From the NCBI GenBank assembly GCA_965112155.1, contig OZ218115.1: a stretch of DNA of 64,000 bases; one strand, written 5' to 3'. The DNA is from Podarcis liolepis (Eukaryota). The translations under genes and the position numbers were made by a program. Below the pieces are notes generated by a model. That model had not been told where the DNA came from, did not search any database, and saw only the letters and a program-made list of their open reading frames with translations. Positions 24,561 through 37,862 of the stretch are shown piece by piece. The stretch's first letter is position 1; each line of letters opens with the position of its first letter.

Positions 24561-25402
24561 AGCCATAATAAACCGAGGAAATAATTAAAACCCAGAGACA
24601 AAGAGTACAAAAAAAACAACACCCCCCCAACCACCAGAAGCACACCCCCCCCCTCAACAACATGTGTTAGGCAGGATGGAAATGGAAGTTGCTTTTCCTC
24701 AGAGGGGTGGGGTGGGGGGGCTGAAGGTCCACAAAAAAAATCAGCATTTTGATTTCCCACAAAAGTCCCATTCAGCGCTACATCACCCCTTCCGCTTCTC
24801 AGTGGTGCTTTGCTCTTCCTCTGTGTGTTTGTGGGTCGGTGTTAAGTGTGTTAGTGTGTGTATTCTCTTTTAATATGAAGGGCATTAAACATGCTGGCTT
24901 TTTTTGTGTGGAGGGGCAGAGAGAGAGGGGAGAAGGCCTTGGACATTGGGAGGACTTTTCCTGTGCTTTGGCGACACATGTGCATCTTCCACTTCTCCTG
25001 ATTCTTTAGTAATAAACTTGGTGTAGTAGCCTGTGATTCTGTGTGGACGATTGTAGATTGTGTTGTCACCTGGAATTGGAAGCTGGAAGACTGTCTTTGG
25101 AGTGAAATGGCAATAGTGTACATATGGAGATGAAAAAAACACACAAGCTGGCTTTGTGGGGGGGGGAGAAAGCTCACAACTAAATAACTTGAACAATTTT
25201 GCAGCTGGTGATTTTCAGAACAGCTAAAACTTTTAAGTGCATTGAAGCTAGAAATAATGTGACGAAGTTCAGTGTGGCGTTGAACCTAACAAGATGCTGC
25301 GGTGGGAGGAGAGAGAGAGGGGAAAAAACTTTTCACCTTTCACAGATATCAGAATTTGTGACTCTGGAAGACCTGAAATGCCTGCCAAAGAAAACTCTAG
25401 AC

Positions 25403-25630
25403 CCATGGTTCCCAATTTAGGGCACACACCTCACAGAGGGGCAATTTGATTTTTAAGGGGGGCAATTTGGAAGCTTGTTTAGACCAAGTTAGTGACCTTT
25501 TAGGCTTCCTCCATGTGAATAGGAGTTCACTTTTTGAATAATAAGAATTATATGTCACCAGGGGTTGGGGGCATCAGGATTTTAGAGATGCTTAGGTGGG
25601 GCATGGCCAAAAAAAGGTTGGGAACCACTG
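25403..25630. mobile_element. hAT-Charlie-type MITE
   Basis: Perfect 8-bp TSD CTCTAGAC (25395-25402 / 25631-25638); TIR TGGTTCCCAA / TTGGGAACCACTG. Confidence 0.9.
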
Positions 25631-26738
25631 CTCTAGACCCTAGAACAACCACTGTCACATAACGTGCACTATATCATACAATAATACCCATAACCGAGTA
25701 GACATCTTTACAGCAAGTATACATGGTATATAATTTTTTTTTAAGGGAGTATTCTGGGTTTTCTTGGTTCCATAGAAAGAATCATGTCATTGACAGGGGA
25801 ACTTATAGTTGAGAGTGCCCATCTATTTGTAAATTAATTAAAAAAATTTTTTTTCCTTTGAGCCTGTGATTGTAATTGCTTTCTTGACTGTTCAAAATCT
25901 TATTGGTTCTGCTTTTGACATGAGGTGTTCAAACTATCCCATGGCTTTACGAATAATAACTGATACAGTAAGGCAATATTTCCAGGTGTTTCATGACTAA
26001 TACCATTTTATGAATTAATAGTTTGGAATAAATTAGAAGTGCCAGAGCTTTTAAGTCTTCTTGGAAGTCACTCCCTCTGCCCTCGATGATCTTCCTCCTA
26101 ATTCCACATGTACGTGGGCTGGTTGTGGTTACTCACTAGTGAAGGAAAGGCACTCTACAAGTTGTATTGCTCATATGAGCACTTCTTTAAAAATCAGGTG
26201 TCAGGTATCCATGAGTTCAGTAACAGATCAGGCTCTTGAACTACATTGTGATAGGTTCAAGTTTTGTCTAAATGAAGCAACTTTTTCTGGGTGCTGGAGA
26301 TAATAATTTTCTGCACTGCACCCACTAAGTAATGTAAAAATGATCAATGTATTTTATTAAATGTCAACTTTCACCTCAGTAAGATAATCTTAGATATGAT
26401 TTGCATTTAAAATAAGATTTGCTTGTTAATACTTGAGGACATGAATTCTATTGCTCTCCTGAAAGTTCACATGTAATAAACCCCCATGAATTTGCATTTG
26501 TGGGGCTGGTCCTGATTTCTTCAGAAACCTGTAAACCTAGTATGCTGATGAAACAGCAGAGAAAACAGTACTTGTGGGTTGGATGTGTATTTCTTTCAGC
26601 TGGGCAAAATCTTTTTTTTTTTAAATTGTGGTAGCTGAATTTCCGTTAACCGAAAAAAGTTAAATACATCTTTTATTGAATTGGCTTTGTGCTGAGCAGC
26701 TGATATCTGATTTTGAATGTTAGGCCTATGTCCTAATG

Positions 26739-26875
26739 CAGGCATAGGCAAACTCGGTCCTCCAGATGTTTTGGGACTACAACTCCCATCATCCCTAGCT
26801 AACAGGACCACTGGTCAGGGATGATGGGAGTTGTAGTCCCAAAAATATCCGGAGGGCCGAGTTTGCCTATGCCTG
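26739..26875. mobile_element. Palindromic URR1-like hAT MITE
   Basis: Near-perfect inverted arms CAGGCATAGGCAAACTCGG...GGGACTACAACTCCCATCATCCCT. Confidence 0.88.
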
Positions 26876-27814
26876 TCTTAAGTGTAAGGGATTATTTACA
26901 ATAGTATTCATTGAGAGATACATCTTTTTCTGTTCAACTTTAAGAACTGCAAATATTTTTAAGAATCTCAATTCTAAACATTCTGGCAGATGCTTTTTTA
27001 TTTCATTTTTATTTAATTTGAATACTTTTGAAGTCATTAAATGGAGTAATGTGGAATAAAGAGCAAAATATGTGACATAATTTGTAATGTATAGAGAGCA
27101 TGCTTCAGTACTAGGTTATTTTTAATGTTTAGCTAAAGTGACTGATGTAGTCCTGGGGCAGAGCCAGTAATGATGGTACATGTAATACTTTAAAATAAAG
27201 TGTTAGTTTTACATGGGGCTGTAGTAAGTAATTCAAAATGGTTTCAGTTCTTCTTTTCATTAGAGTTATTTCTTAGACCTGAAAAATTCAGATTTGCATA
27301 TTTACACCTGCACATGATTACTTGAGAAAACCCACTGAGATGATGGGACTAGTTTCAAGTAAATGTGCATAGGAATTGTCATAGGAAAACATAAAGCACT
27401 CCCATTACATCTTGGAGACAAGTATTAGACTTTATTGCATTTTATTTTTAAAAATAAATGGAATAGACTTCCAATTAATGATGTCACTCTAAACCAAGAA
27501 GAGGTTAGTTGTAGATGATCAATCCCTCCTTTTTCACACAACAACAGTGGCTTATCCTCGCATAGTTTCTGGTTGAACTATTGCTTCAATGGAGAGTAAA
27601 GCAATTGGGAGTTCATACTTTGGCTGACCTTTGTAGCAAGCCATTGCCATCACTGATACAACCCTTTACCTTCCCCTGTCCTCTTCCTATGTGTGCTCTG
27701 CACAATCTTCAAATCTGCTCTGAGGGGTTGAGGGAACCCCCAAGACAGATTTAGGAGGCACATTATTCAGTTTATTTAGTCATTGAATAAACTCGTTATA
27801 TAAATTTTAAAACC

Positions 27815-28385
27815 TGTGGTAAGCTTTCAAGTTATCCAGAACTCTTCTTCAGGCAAGATGGTATACAAAGCAGGGGTTGAGGGTGGGTGGGTGGGAGACA
27901 AAGGAAAACAAGGTTCAAACATTAGGATGATGTTGTAGCTGTGAGGTTAGCTTGTTCTAAGATTGCAGGCTGGATAAGTCCCTCTCAGATGCTATAGGAA
28001 CCAGGTTACACATGTAGAATTCTAGGATAAAAAAGCAATGACTGCTACTCATTTCTGAGAAATTAAGGTCTAATTTGTAACCCAGATCAATCCCAAACCT
28101 TAAATGGAACACACAGGTTGCTGGGTAGGCAGAGACCAGAAGTAAAGGGAAAGATGGCAGCCTTTAATTTAGCAAAGTCACTGATTAATTTTGATGTACT
28201 AAGTAAAAAAGCCAAATGAAGCCAAATTGTATAGTATTACCAAGTGCTTTGAGGGGATGTCCTTGGCTGTGCTAAATTAAAGAGACCTTGTGTAACACCT
28301 TCCCTGATGAAGAGTTCTAGAGAACTCAAAAGCTCGCCACACTTTGGTGACATTTTGGTTGGCCCTACTAAAGGCATTGCCCAAC
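27815..28385. mobile_element. Old Penelope-like element remnant with inverted pLTR hammerhead motifs
   Basis: Minus strand CTGAAGA-agagttctggataactt-GAAAGCTT (27821-27852); plus strand CTGATGA-agagttctagagaactc-AAAAGCTC (28304-28335). Confidence 0.65.
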
Positions 28386-30263
28386 TGTGACTGTTGGGTA
28401 AGTGAGGTGTCTTGTATCATGCTGGGCTTGGAGAATGTGGGAGAGGAACAAGAGTCTGCAGCTGCATACATCTTACCATTTATTCTGGCTCCAGTGCACT
28501 CCCGCTGCTGAGTATAAATCTGTATACAAATGTTGTTACTAACAACCCTGTACTGTAGTTCAAAGCTTTCCAAACTGTGTCATAACACATTAGTGTGTTG
28601 GCAGCAGTGTGTAGGGTAGGTGTGCCACGCACACACTCGCCATGTGTCACCAACATGAAAAGTTTAGAAAGCTCTGCTGTAGTTTCTTTAGAAATACTGC
28701 TGTCTGATGCTTTTTCTCTCAAACCAGCTTCAACCTGGAAGGAAAACCTAAGCCACATTCACTTTGCAGTTAAGCTGAGGTGTGCACATTGGAGACAGCC
28801 ATTGTGCATGCGTGGATGACAGCTTATGCACAGATGAGATCTTCATGTTCGGGGGGAGGGGCAAGGAAACCAAACAGGTAACATGCATCGGTGAAGACAT
28901 CCCCACATCTTCTGTAGTGTGCATATAAATGTGCTCATGCAACTTGAAATGCAGCAGGGGAAAACTTATTTCACTGTGTTTTAAGCTGCTAATGTGCACA
29001 TAGCCTGACTGTCTTGTCCAGCACAAGCTGAGAGACTCCTCCCTTCTCAGATTTCTGTGATAAGGGGGAAAGGGGCTCTTGCTTTGGGCTGGGCTGCTAG
29101 CAGAAGATGATCGTCAGTAAGAGACTTATGGTCATTGCTGTTGACCACACAAATAGACCTCTGTAACCATTGCTGTTCCTCCCTACTTTGTTTCTATGCT
29201 GATAAGATGACATAGTGGAGGTTCCATACTCGCTTGTATTGTGAATGAGGGTGTAAGTGCTTTTGAAAAGGGTGTTTCAGTGTAGAAGAACTAATTTTTG
29301 TAGTTTCAGCTTCTCATGCTGCTGGAATTCCCTCTTCTACACAACAGTTAATAATAAAAAGCGTGTTGTCCTCTACTGCATCTGATGGTATTCCTCCCCC
29401 CCCTCCTTAAATAAACAGGTGGGAATACTACTTGTGGATTCTCCTGATCAATACTCTATCAAACTATTTCTGCCTAGAAGGACAGACAGACTTACACTCT
29501 CCTTTCAAATCACACTGTCTAGCTATTTTAAGCAGCCCAGAGGACACAGTAGTAAACTACTGCTGGTCAAGTACAAACTGTACAGTGATGTAAGCATGCA
29601 GTAAACCGGTAGTATAGTTGTAGGTTGAGCATATCTATATGCAGCTGGAAACTGGTATCTTTTGTGGGGGTTATTTTTAAAAATAAAAGATTGAATTATT
29701 AGCATTTCAGTTGTGCATCTTTTTAAAAAATCTGGTTTATGAAATTTAAAAATCTAACATATTTTAAAGCCTATATTCTTCTAATCTTAATCTGTAATCA
29801 TGATCCTTTATCACTCAAATTGAGTTGAAGTCTGCTTTTTCTGTAAAAAAAGAAAAAGAAAACCAGGTTTAAAAAAAGGCATCTGAGTCAAACATAAAAA
29901 TATGACCTAGTTATATGACTGTTATTACTGTGGGCTTTTTCTTGAACCAAAGAACAAGCAAACCATCAAACCTGCTAGGATATAGGATCCAGGAGATGTA
30001 ATTCTGTATTTCCCTAGGATCATCCACTGGACCCCACCTGGGTGAACTTGTTTTTTCGTTTATGCCTTGTAACTCCCTGAGATCTGCAGTGTGTTCAGTT
30101 CTGAATATTTTATTACTTTACTAACCAAACAAGGAGGATATTTACTTTTGATTTCATGAAGAAACACTGTTTTGCTCACTAACAACCAACAGTTTTTGGA
30201 AAGTGATAGGCACTCAGTGACCTTGCTTTGTGTCCTGCATGTGGACAGAGACAACCAAACAGA

Positions 30264-30267
<4 letters not shown>

Positions 30268-30324
<57 letters not shown>
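30268..30324. repeat. (CT)n(CA)n microsatellite
   Basis: Direct inspection. Confidence 0.95.
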
Positions 30325-30326
<2 letters not shown>

Positions 30327-30479
30327 CGCCAGGGGTAGCCAATGTACTATCTAAGCTTAAAATAATTATAGGAATATCCTCTTATGATGCTTAAGGATGT
30401 CTTTATTTACAAATCAGTGTTTTACTATTTTATAGTAGCCAGTTAGTATGCAAGTGTATTCAGGAAATGTATGAACTAC

Positions 30480-31135
30480 AGTTTTACCTGCTACTGGTGC
30501 ATCAGGTACAGCTATTCCTAGTCAGGGATAGCCTGGTCATGGTGATCCATGCTTTCATAACCTCAAGACTTAATTGTTCCAATGCACTGTATGTGGTGCT
30601 ACACGTGAGCCTAGTCTGGAAGCTCCAGCTAATGCATAATGCTGTGGGCAGATTTTTTTTTATGGGGACAGGCTACTGCCAGCACATAACTGAGGTGCTT
30701 AAAAGCTTGCACTGGCTGCTCATATGTTACCAGGACAGGTTCCAGGTTCTTGTATTTTTACAAGGTTTTTAACAACTCTGGTCCAAGATATCTTAAGGGC
30801 CACCTGATCTCCTACATTCCTGCTTGAGCACAAAGAAATTTGGGGGAGTCTCTTGTTTGTGGTTCCCCACGTCTCAGATTCACAGCTTGCAACTACTTTG
30901 GAAGCTGAGCATTCAGTGTTGTGCTGGCCTAGTCCTGTGAAAGTCCCCCCCCCCCGAGATTAGAAAGACACCCTCCTTGCTGAACGTCAGGCACACGACC
31001 AAAGACTTTCTTCTTCCACCAGGCATATTAATGTAGTGTTTTTGGCTTAGTGATGCCTTTTTATTCTCTGTGTGGTTTATTTTTACTCTCACTGCTTAGA
31101 ATTGATAATGATCAAGCGGTATATAAATGCCTTAT
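30480..31135 (+). mobile_element. Decayed L2-clade LINE fragment
   Basis: IHAFITSRLNCSNALY..KLQLMHNA..HITEVLKSLHWL, interrupted by stops. Confidence 0.82.
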
Positions 31136-31199
31136 ATAAATGATACAATATGGAGTAATGTCAGAAGGATAACAATATTACAGTAAAGGCAAAATAATT

Positions 31200-31272
31200 T
31201 TGTGGCACGTTAAAAGACAAATTTATTGTGGCATAAGCTTTTGTGGGCATGAACCACTTCATCAGAAACATG
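31200..31272 (-). mobile_element. Penelope-like pLTR fragment with decayed hammerhead
   Basis: Minus strand CTGATGA-agtggttcatgcccac-AAAAGCTTATGCCACAATAAATTTGTCTTTTAACGTGCCACA, with the same layout as the younger PLE copies. Confidence 0.7.
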
Positions 31273-31394
31273 GGAAGTGTGATTTAAATTGGTCCACTAT
31301 GCCTCCATATTTGGAATGTCGCTCTGTAGAGAATAAAAATAACATTGAAAGTAGCCTCAAAATATGCACCTGTCCATATCAAAATGACAAAGTT

Positions 31395-32149
31395 TAACTC
31401 TTGATGGGGTTACACTCCCTCTGAGGTGGACATGTAGCTTGTGGGTTTATCTGGATCCTTTACTGTTGCTCGAGGCTCAGGAGGCCTCAGTGGTGTACAG
31501 TACCTTCCATCAGCTTTTGCTTGAGGCCCAGCTGTACCCATATCATATCTGGACAGGGATAGCATAACTTAGGTCATCTGGCAACCTCTAGGTTTGATTA
31601 CTGCAACACGTTATATGTGGGGCTGCCTCTGAAGATGATTCAGAAACTTCAGCTGGTGCAGATTTGGTGGCCAGGTTGCTCACTGGGGCAAGACAGTTTG
31701 AGCATATTACACTAATCCTGGCCCAATGGTACTGGGTGCCATTTAAGTTAGACCAATAAAAAGTGCTGGTTTTGCACTATAAAGTCCTAAATAGCTCAGG
31801 AACGCAATACCTCAAGGACCGCCTTTCACCATATGAACCTATCCTGTGATCATTATCGGAGGCCCTTTTTCTCCACAAGAGGTCTGAATGGTGGTGACAC
31901 CAGAACAGGCCTTTTCTGCGGTGGTTCCCTTTTTGGAATGCTCTCCCCAGGGAGATGCCATATCTTTAGATGCCAGGTGTTTCTCTTCAATCAAGTGTTC
32001 AGCTAATTAACATTTTATGTGGAAGGGAGTTTGGTTTTTAAAAAATGTATTTTGTATTCTCATTTTGTATTTTTCTGTTATGAACTGTCCAGGGATCTTT
32101 GTTGGAAGTGCAGTATGCAAATTAATAATGATAATAATAATAATAATAA
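31395..32149 (+). mobile_element. Decayed L2-clade LINE fragment with (AAT)n tail
   Basis: TSRFDYCNTLYVGLPLKMIQKLQLVQ, similar to the ORF at 15957-16694. Confidence 0.82.
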
Positions 32150-35100
32150 ACTTGACTCATTGTATGTTACATAAACCTTGGAGGGATAGGTGGGCCAAAG
32201 GAGTGTCAACATGGTATTTTAAACTGTTGCTCTTTATAATCCCAAATAATTCATTTAGGCTGAAATCCTATGAACAGTTCCCTGGGAACAAGTGCCTTCC
32301 TCCTGAATTTTGAGAACCTATATCTAAGACTAAACACACATAGGATTGTGATACTTGCAGGGGAACTATAAATATCTGGGGTGTTAGAAAAGTATAATTA
32401 TGGAGTTTGTGCATTTAGAATTGTTTGGGCCACATCTTCAGAGTGCTCTTTATTTATTGAAATTGGCTATCACAAAAGTACTGGCAAATAGTAAGATGGG
32501 ACAGTGAATTTCTGTGCTTTTTTTGTTTGTTTGTTTTATCAGCAGTCTTGGCAAACTAGAGTTAAAGTGTTTTGTGAAATTTATTAGTCAAACCTTTTCC
32601 CTATTTCCTCACTTTTAAAAATATGATCTGAGATCACTACACTTAATACATGATTGAAGTGTCATTGTGGTTCAGTGTTAGAAACTGAGTTGAAAGCTAG
32701 TAGCTAAATGGCACCTTAAACCTAGGTTATGGTGCAACAATTGAATGTCCAGGCTCCCTTTTTTATAACAAGAATACAAAGCTGAAAATGAATGAACTGC
32801 AGCTAAAATATTAAGTTCATTTTTTACATGGTGTAGTCCTTCCCCTGCCCACACCCCTAATATTGTTAAAAGGGTCTCTTCTCCAGTCTTCAGAGAGTAG
32901 CTGGAAGTGGAGAGGCAGAAAAAGGTCCTCCTTTCCTTCCACTCTGCAGTTTTAATCTGAAATCTTAGGCGCAGTACGGCACCCAGAGCTCAGAAACTGC
33001 TCATGCTAATGAAATTCCCTGTCACAAGATGTGCCTAGAACAATGGGAGTTTCGAGCACTGCTGTGGTTTTAGAAATTAGTGTCCCCAGTACTGACTAGG
33101 CAAATCTGGATTCAACTCCTCTTCATGAATCTTCTGGATTGCCTTGAGCAAGTCATTCTGTCATCCTTGGTATATCTATGGAAATGGTATTGCTAAATAC
33201 CAACTTTACAGGACTGATGTGCAGTTTAATAAAGTGAAAACACTTTCCCCAGATGAAATCAGGAAGTAGAAATAATTGTGTTTGTATGTCAAATGTTATG
33301 AAAATCATTGAGGGGGTATATACATTTTGTTAAATAATTAAAATAAATGTTTGATATGCATAATTCAGGTTTTCATCAGTATATTCATAATTAATGCCAA
33401 AGATATGTACCACAGTTTCATATGTGTGCTTATTTGATGGCGAATGTGCATAGGATTGTAGCCATAGGTTGTGTACATACTGACTCTGAAGCACATTCTT
33501 CTCAAAGTAATCCTGGGCACTGTACGTTACTCCTCACAGACTTACAATTCCCAGCAATCTGTAGCAAACTACTGAGCCCAGAAAAAAATGTTTTTAGAAT
33601 GCTTTAAAGATAGTGCGCGTATCTGGCCTTGGTTATTGAATTGGCAAAGCAATATTGGGATGGGGCATTTTGCTGAGCAACTTAACTTCTCTTTCATATA
33701 AGAACTAGATCCTATAGACACAGAGGCAAAACGAAGAGGGAAGCAATCTTTAGCCATATCTCTGTCTTGTAGGAGATAGAGAGAGAAGCAGCGTGGGCAG
33801 GTTTGCACAGTATGTGAGCCAGCCCATTTATTGTGGCCTGCCAGTAGCTTGCAGTCACCGTTCGCTTCATGTTTTGCTGTCCTAGACAGGCAGAAAAAAC
33901 CCAGGAGGTTTACCATACATAACTGCTGGTTGCATTTGGCTTGGTGAGTCAGAATTTGTACAGGCCTTGGCTAGAGACAGGTTTCTCGGTTGGGAGGTGA
34001 GATCTTCCTTGTAATGGAACATTTTAGTTGGCTAGTTCATTTATAAGTAGATGTTTTTGGCTTTATTAAGGGAAACTTTCTAAAAATAAGTTTTGAATAT
34101 GTCAAGGTAGTTTTTGGGGTACCCTTGCATGCTTGCTAATACCTCAAAACTCTCATGGTATTTAGGATTGTTTTATTAACTGTACTAAGATCTTTAGGGT
34201 TAGTCTTCAACATGCTTCAGTTTCATTTTTTTTTAAGGCAGTAAAGGTGTTCATAATCAAAAGGCACATATTCACCAGTTTTACCATCAAATACTGTGAT
34301 GAGAGGTTATGAAAAGCTGTATTCTAAACTGCTTTAGTTTGAAAGAATTCAGTCTGAGGGATCTACGCCTTTTTTTGAATATGCAGAATTCATCATGTGA
34401 AGGTTATAAACCATATAAAAAGCAGTGAATGAAAAACCGCTAGTTCACAGCAATCTTGACAGATGTTGTACATTTTCAATAGTGTGAATCTTGAATTGGC
34501 ACAATATATTTTTAATTGTTTTAAAGCAGTATGTTTTGCCTTGTAATTGAAAAGCATGTACTGTAGCTTTATAGCAAGTTGTATCCTTAAAATTGACATT
34601 TCATGATACCCTTAAATAAAAAATAAAGAGTTTTCATAATTTATTATGAGCAAGTTCAATAGTTTATTGGCAATTTAAAAAATTGTGATTGATTTTTGGT
34701 AGATGAAAACTGGACTTCCATATTTAGTGTGTGCCTCGTTTTAATACCTTAAATTAGGTTAGTCTGTAACACATCCTTAATGAAAACTTGGACAGCAGAG
34801 GTTTACAGTATTTAATGGAGTGCAAACATGCAGAAATAACTCAGTACCTCTGCTAAGTGACATTTCTCTTGAAGATTCTGAATTAATTACTAAAGTCTTG
34901 GAAAGTACCGTTAATAAAGGAATTAAGTCTCAATAAATAAGTAAATATATAAATGGCAATATTTAATAGCCAGAAGCACATAACTTAAACATTTCCCCAT
35001 TTCATGTAGCTGTTGAGAGCTAGTATTGGACTGGGAAGAACTTGGTCAGTGAAGTTTACTGGGTGGCATGGAGTTGGTCAGTATCAGCACCAAACCTTCC

Positions 35101-35279
35101 TCTTAATGGCTGTTGTTTGAAATAATTTCTAGACCACCCTTTTTTTAAAAAATCCCAAACAAAACACATCTGAAAAATGGTTCCAGTAGTAGATAGGTAG
35201 CCGTGTTGGTCTGCCATAGTCAAAATAAAAAAAAAAAATTTCTTCCAGTAGCACCTTAAAGACCAACTAAGTTAGTTCT

Positions 35280-35320
35280 TGGTATGAGCTTTCGTGTGCA
35301 TGCACACTTCTTCAGATACC
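35280..35320 (-). ncRNA. Minimal type-I hammerhead ribozyme motif
   Basis: GGUAU-CUGAAGA-A-GUGUGCAUGCACAC-GAAA-GCUC-AUACC: stem I GGUAU/AUACC, palindromic stem II, AGCU helix III, CUC cleavage triplet. Confidence 0.82.
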
Positions 35321-35360
35321 TGGTATCTGAAGAAGTGCATGCACACGAAAGCTCATACCA
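35321..35360 (+). ncRNA. Minimal type-I hammerhead ribozyme motif (2-nt deletion in stem II)
   Basis: UGGUAU-CUGAAGA-A-GUGcaugcaCAC-GAAA-GCUC-AUACCA; 6-bp stem I; predicted cleavage after C35354. Confidence 0.78.
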
Positions 35361-37862
35361 AGAACTAACTTAGTTGGTCTTTAAGGTGCTACTGGAAGAA
35401 ATTTTTTTTTATTTTGACATCTGAAAAAGACCGTGTGAAAAAATGAACCCATAACCTAAGTTTAAGGTGCCATTTAGCTTCTAGCTTTCAAGGTGGTAGG
35501 ATGCTGGAGTAGATAGTTCTCATTTAGCAAGTCTAGCAAGGTTCTTCCTATAACTTGTGTGAGTCAATGAGTCCTGAGATAGAACTTTCATATGTTCTCA
35601 TGTCACCTCAAGAGAGACAAAAAGGAAATACAGTACAATATCCAAACTCAAAAGTAAGCTGAGGTGCAGAAATAGGTATGCATATAAATGTGTATATTAT
35701 ACACTCTCCCCCCAAATATGCATGTGTGCACACATGCAGCCCGCCTTTATGCGTGTTCAATATATTCACAACCATGCATACATGTCTTGTGCTGAACCTG
35801 GAAGTGACCTGGAAACGTCATAAAGATGTCACTAAAACATCACTAAAAAAGCGGAAGCCTGTTTCAAGGCTTTTTCAATGGGCTTCAGTTATACATGATT
35901 TCACTGACGCATGCAGTGCCTTGGAACATAACCCCCATGTAAACGAAAGCCTGCCTGTATAAATATTCATAATAAATATTTCTGACAAAACTGAAAACCT
36001 TGGTCTGAGGGGAAAAATATTTACAGGAAACTTACCTATCTTATCTGTAGAAAATCGGAGTACATATGATAAGTCTTGAAATATGTAGGTTGATATGAAG
36101 GTGGTGTTTTTCCTAGTGCCCAATCTGTAAATATAGATAATGCCAAATTCACCTCATGTCACTTTAAACATGATGCATCTCAATTGAGTTGTTTCACTCA
36201 TTTTGTTATTTGTCAGGTGCTGAATAATCAGATGATGTCTGAGAATATGTGAACTACATCAGTTATCTTTACTGGGAACTTATCTATCCACCCTTGCCCC
36301 CCATTTGAATAAATTATTGTAGCATGAAGAGCCTGGGTGAATTTAGTTGCATTAACTAAACTTTGTAAAGGATTATTAAGGCTTGGAATAATATTAGGCC
36401 AGAGGTTTGCAATGCTGCATTTTTAAATATGAGCAAAACACTCATGGATGAAAGATGGCAAATGGTTGAAATAATTTATAAGTTCATCTCATGTATTGCT
36501 AATCATGTTACCAGTTTTGAGAGCATACTTCTGCTAATGAAAGCCTGCATCTGAGACTTTAGGCATTTGACAGATGTAACATAAATTGCACTGTTAAACT
36601 AGCTGTGTCTATGAATAATAAAATCTGCAGACAGAAAAGTATTTCATAATTGAGGGGAAGATCTATTTCTGTATGGTATATTAATATGAAATATTGAAGT
36701 GAGTGAGAATTGTTCATTTTCACTCTGTATATATTGGGATATTCTCTCGCCCACTCCCCCCAAATACCAGCTGAAAAAATGTGAAGGGGTTCTTCAAGCA
36801 AGGGCATTTTGAGTCTGCAGCTCCTATTGATTTAAATGGGAGTTTAGTATCCATTAGCTTTCTGAATCAGCCCTAAGGCAGTTGAAGTACCAATGTCCTA
36901 TGTTATAAGGTACGGGAGCTGACATCTGCATAGCCAGAGTCCATCTGGATATGGCATAAAGTCAGCAATAGCTTAGCTAGAAATGAGGCAGAGATGATTT
37001 GGAGATGTTACTCTCTAGCATAACCTTTATGAAGCTGACAGCAGACTAAAAGATTTAATTCCATCTTTTCAGAAACAGACATAGAAATACACATGCCAGC
37101 TGATTATTTATTAGTCTTAGCAAGATATATATGCATAAAGTGTCCAAAATGCAGTCCAAGGCACATCTGTAAATAGATTTAATGAAATATATTGGACTTA
37201 ATTACAAATTAGCCAAGCATTTTGGCATTCGGTTAACCCAGGTTTTTTAAGCAGCTACTTGCCTACAGTGAGCAAGAACAGGTGCTCAAGAAGGAAAGCT
37301 TTTTAATATGGGATTGAATGTTTGTTTCAGGTTTCCTGTGCCATACAAATAACTAAAGCAGATATTTGATAAAGTAAGCTAGTTACAGTTTTGGTGGGTT
37401 GTTGATTTGCAGGAGTGAGTTGTCAGCTGCCCCTTTATTGCCTCCAGGTGTACAGCAGAGTAGCAACCATTGTAACTGGAAGAAGAATACTGTACACTGC
37501 TGACTGGATATGCTGTTGCAGTATTTTTGCATTACTCTCCTTATTTTGTAAGCACTGGGAAGCAAAACACGGCCACACTGCTTATGACTCATTTGTAACT
37601 GTCCTGTGATATGCTGTAGTACTCTGGAGTAGTTTGAGGTGGGAGAGTGACACTTGGTGGGGCAAGACAGGCCCCTTGATTAAAAGCGTGTTTAAACAAT
37701 TGTGTGAAAGAGGCAATGTAAAAGAAGTTTGGTAATGGTGAAGGAAGTGGCAGTAGTGTGAATACTTAAGAGTTATATTTTCCATATATAGAATGGCTGA
37801 GTATGGAACTGGCCATAGGTGATGTAGCTAATTTATATTAAGATGATAGAAGTATGATTATC

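Larger units (their letters stand above)
35178..35416 (-). mobile_element. Short palindromic Penelope-like insertion (pLTR plus inverted pLTR)
   Basis: Inverted arms centred on 35321; TSD ACATCTGAAAAA (35166-35177 / 35417-35428). Near-identical to the copies at 53.2 and 58.6 kb. Confidence 0.88.

Noticed and set aside
29419-29589. Possible 171-nt exon (AAACAG|GTGGGA...GAT|GTAAGC)
   Set aside because: In phase 1, matching the preferred exon-1 frame, it hits TGA after nine codons. The phase-0 peptide is not recognisable and the polypyrimidine tract is poor.
35178-35416. DNA-transposon MITE or pre-miRNA interpretation of the palindrome
   Set aside because: The arms are asymmetric, TSD length varies between copies (11-15 bp), and inversion centres differ. 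This fits a retroelement with a 5' inversion.
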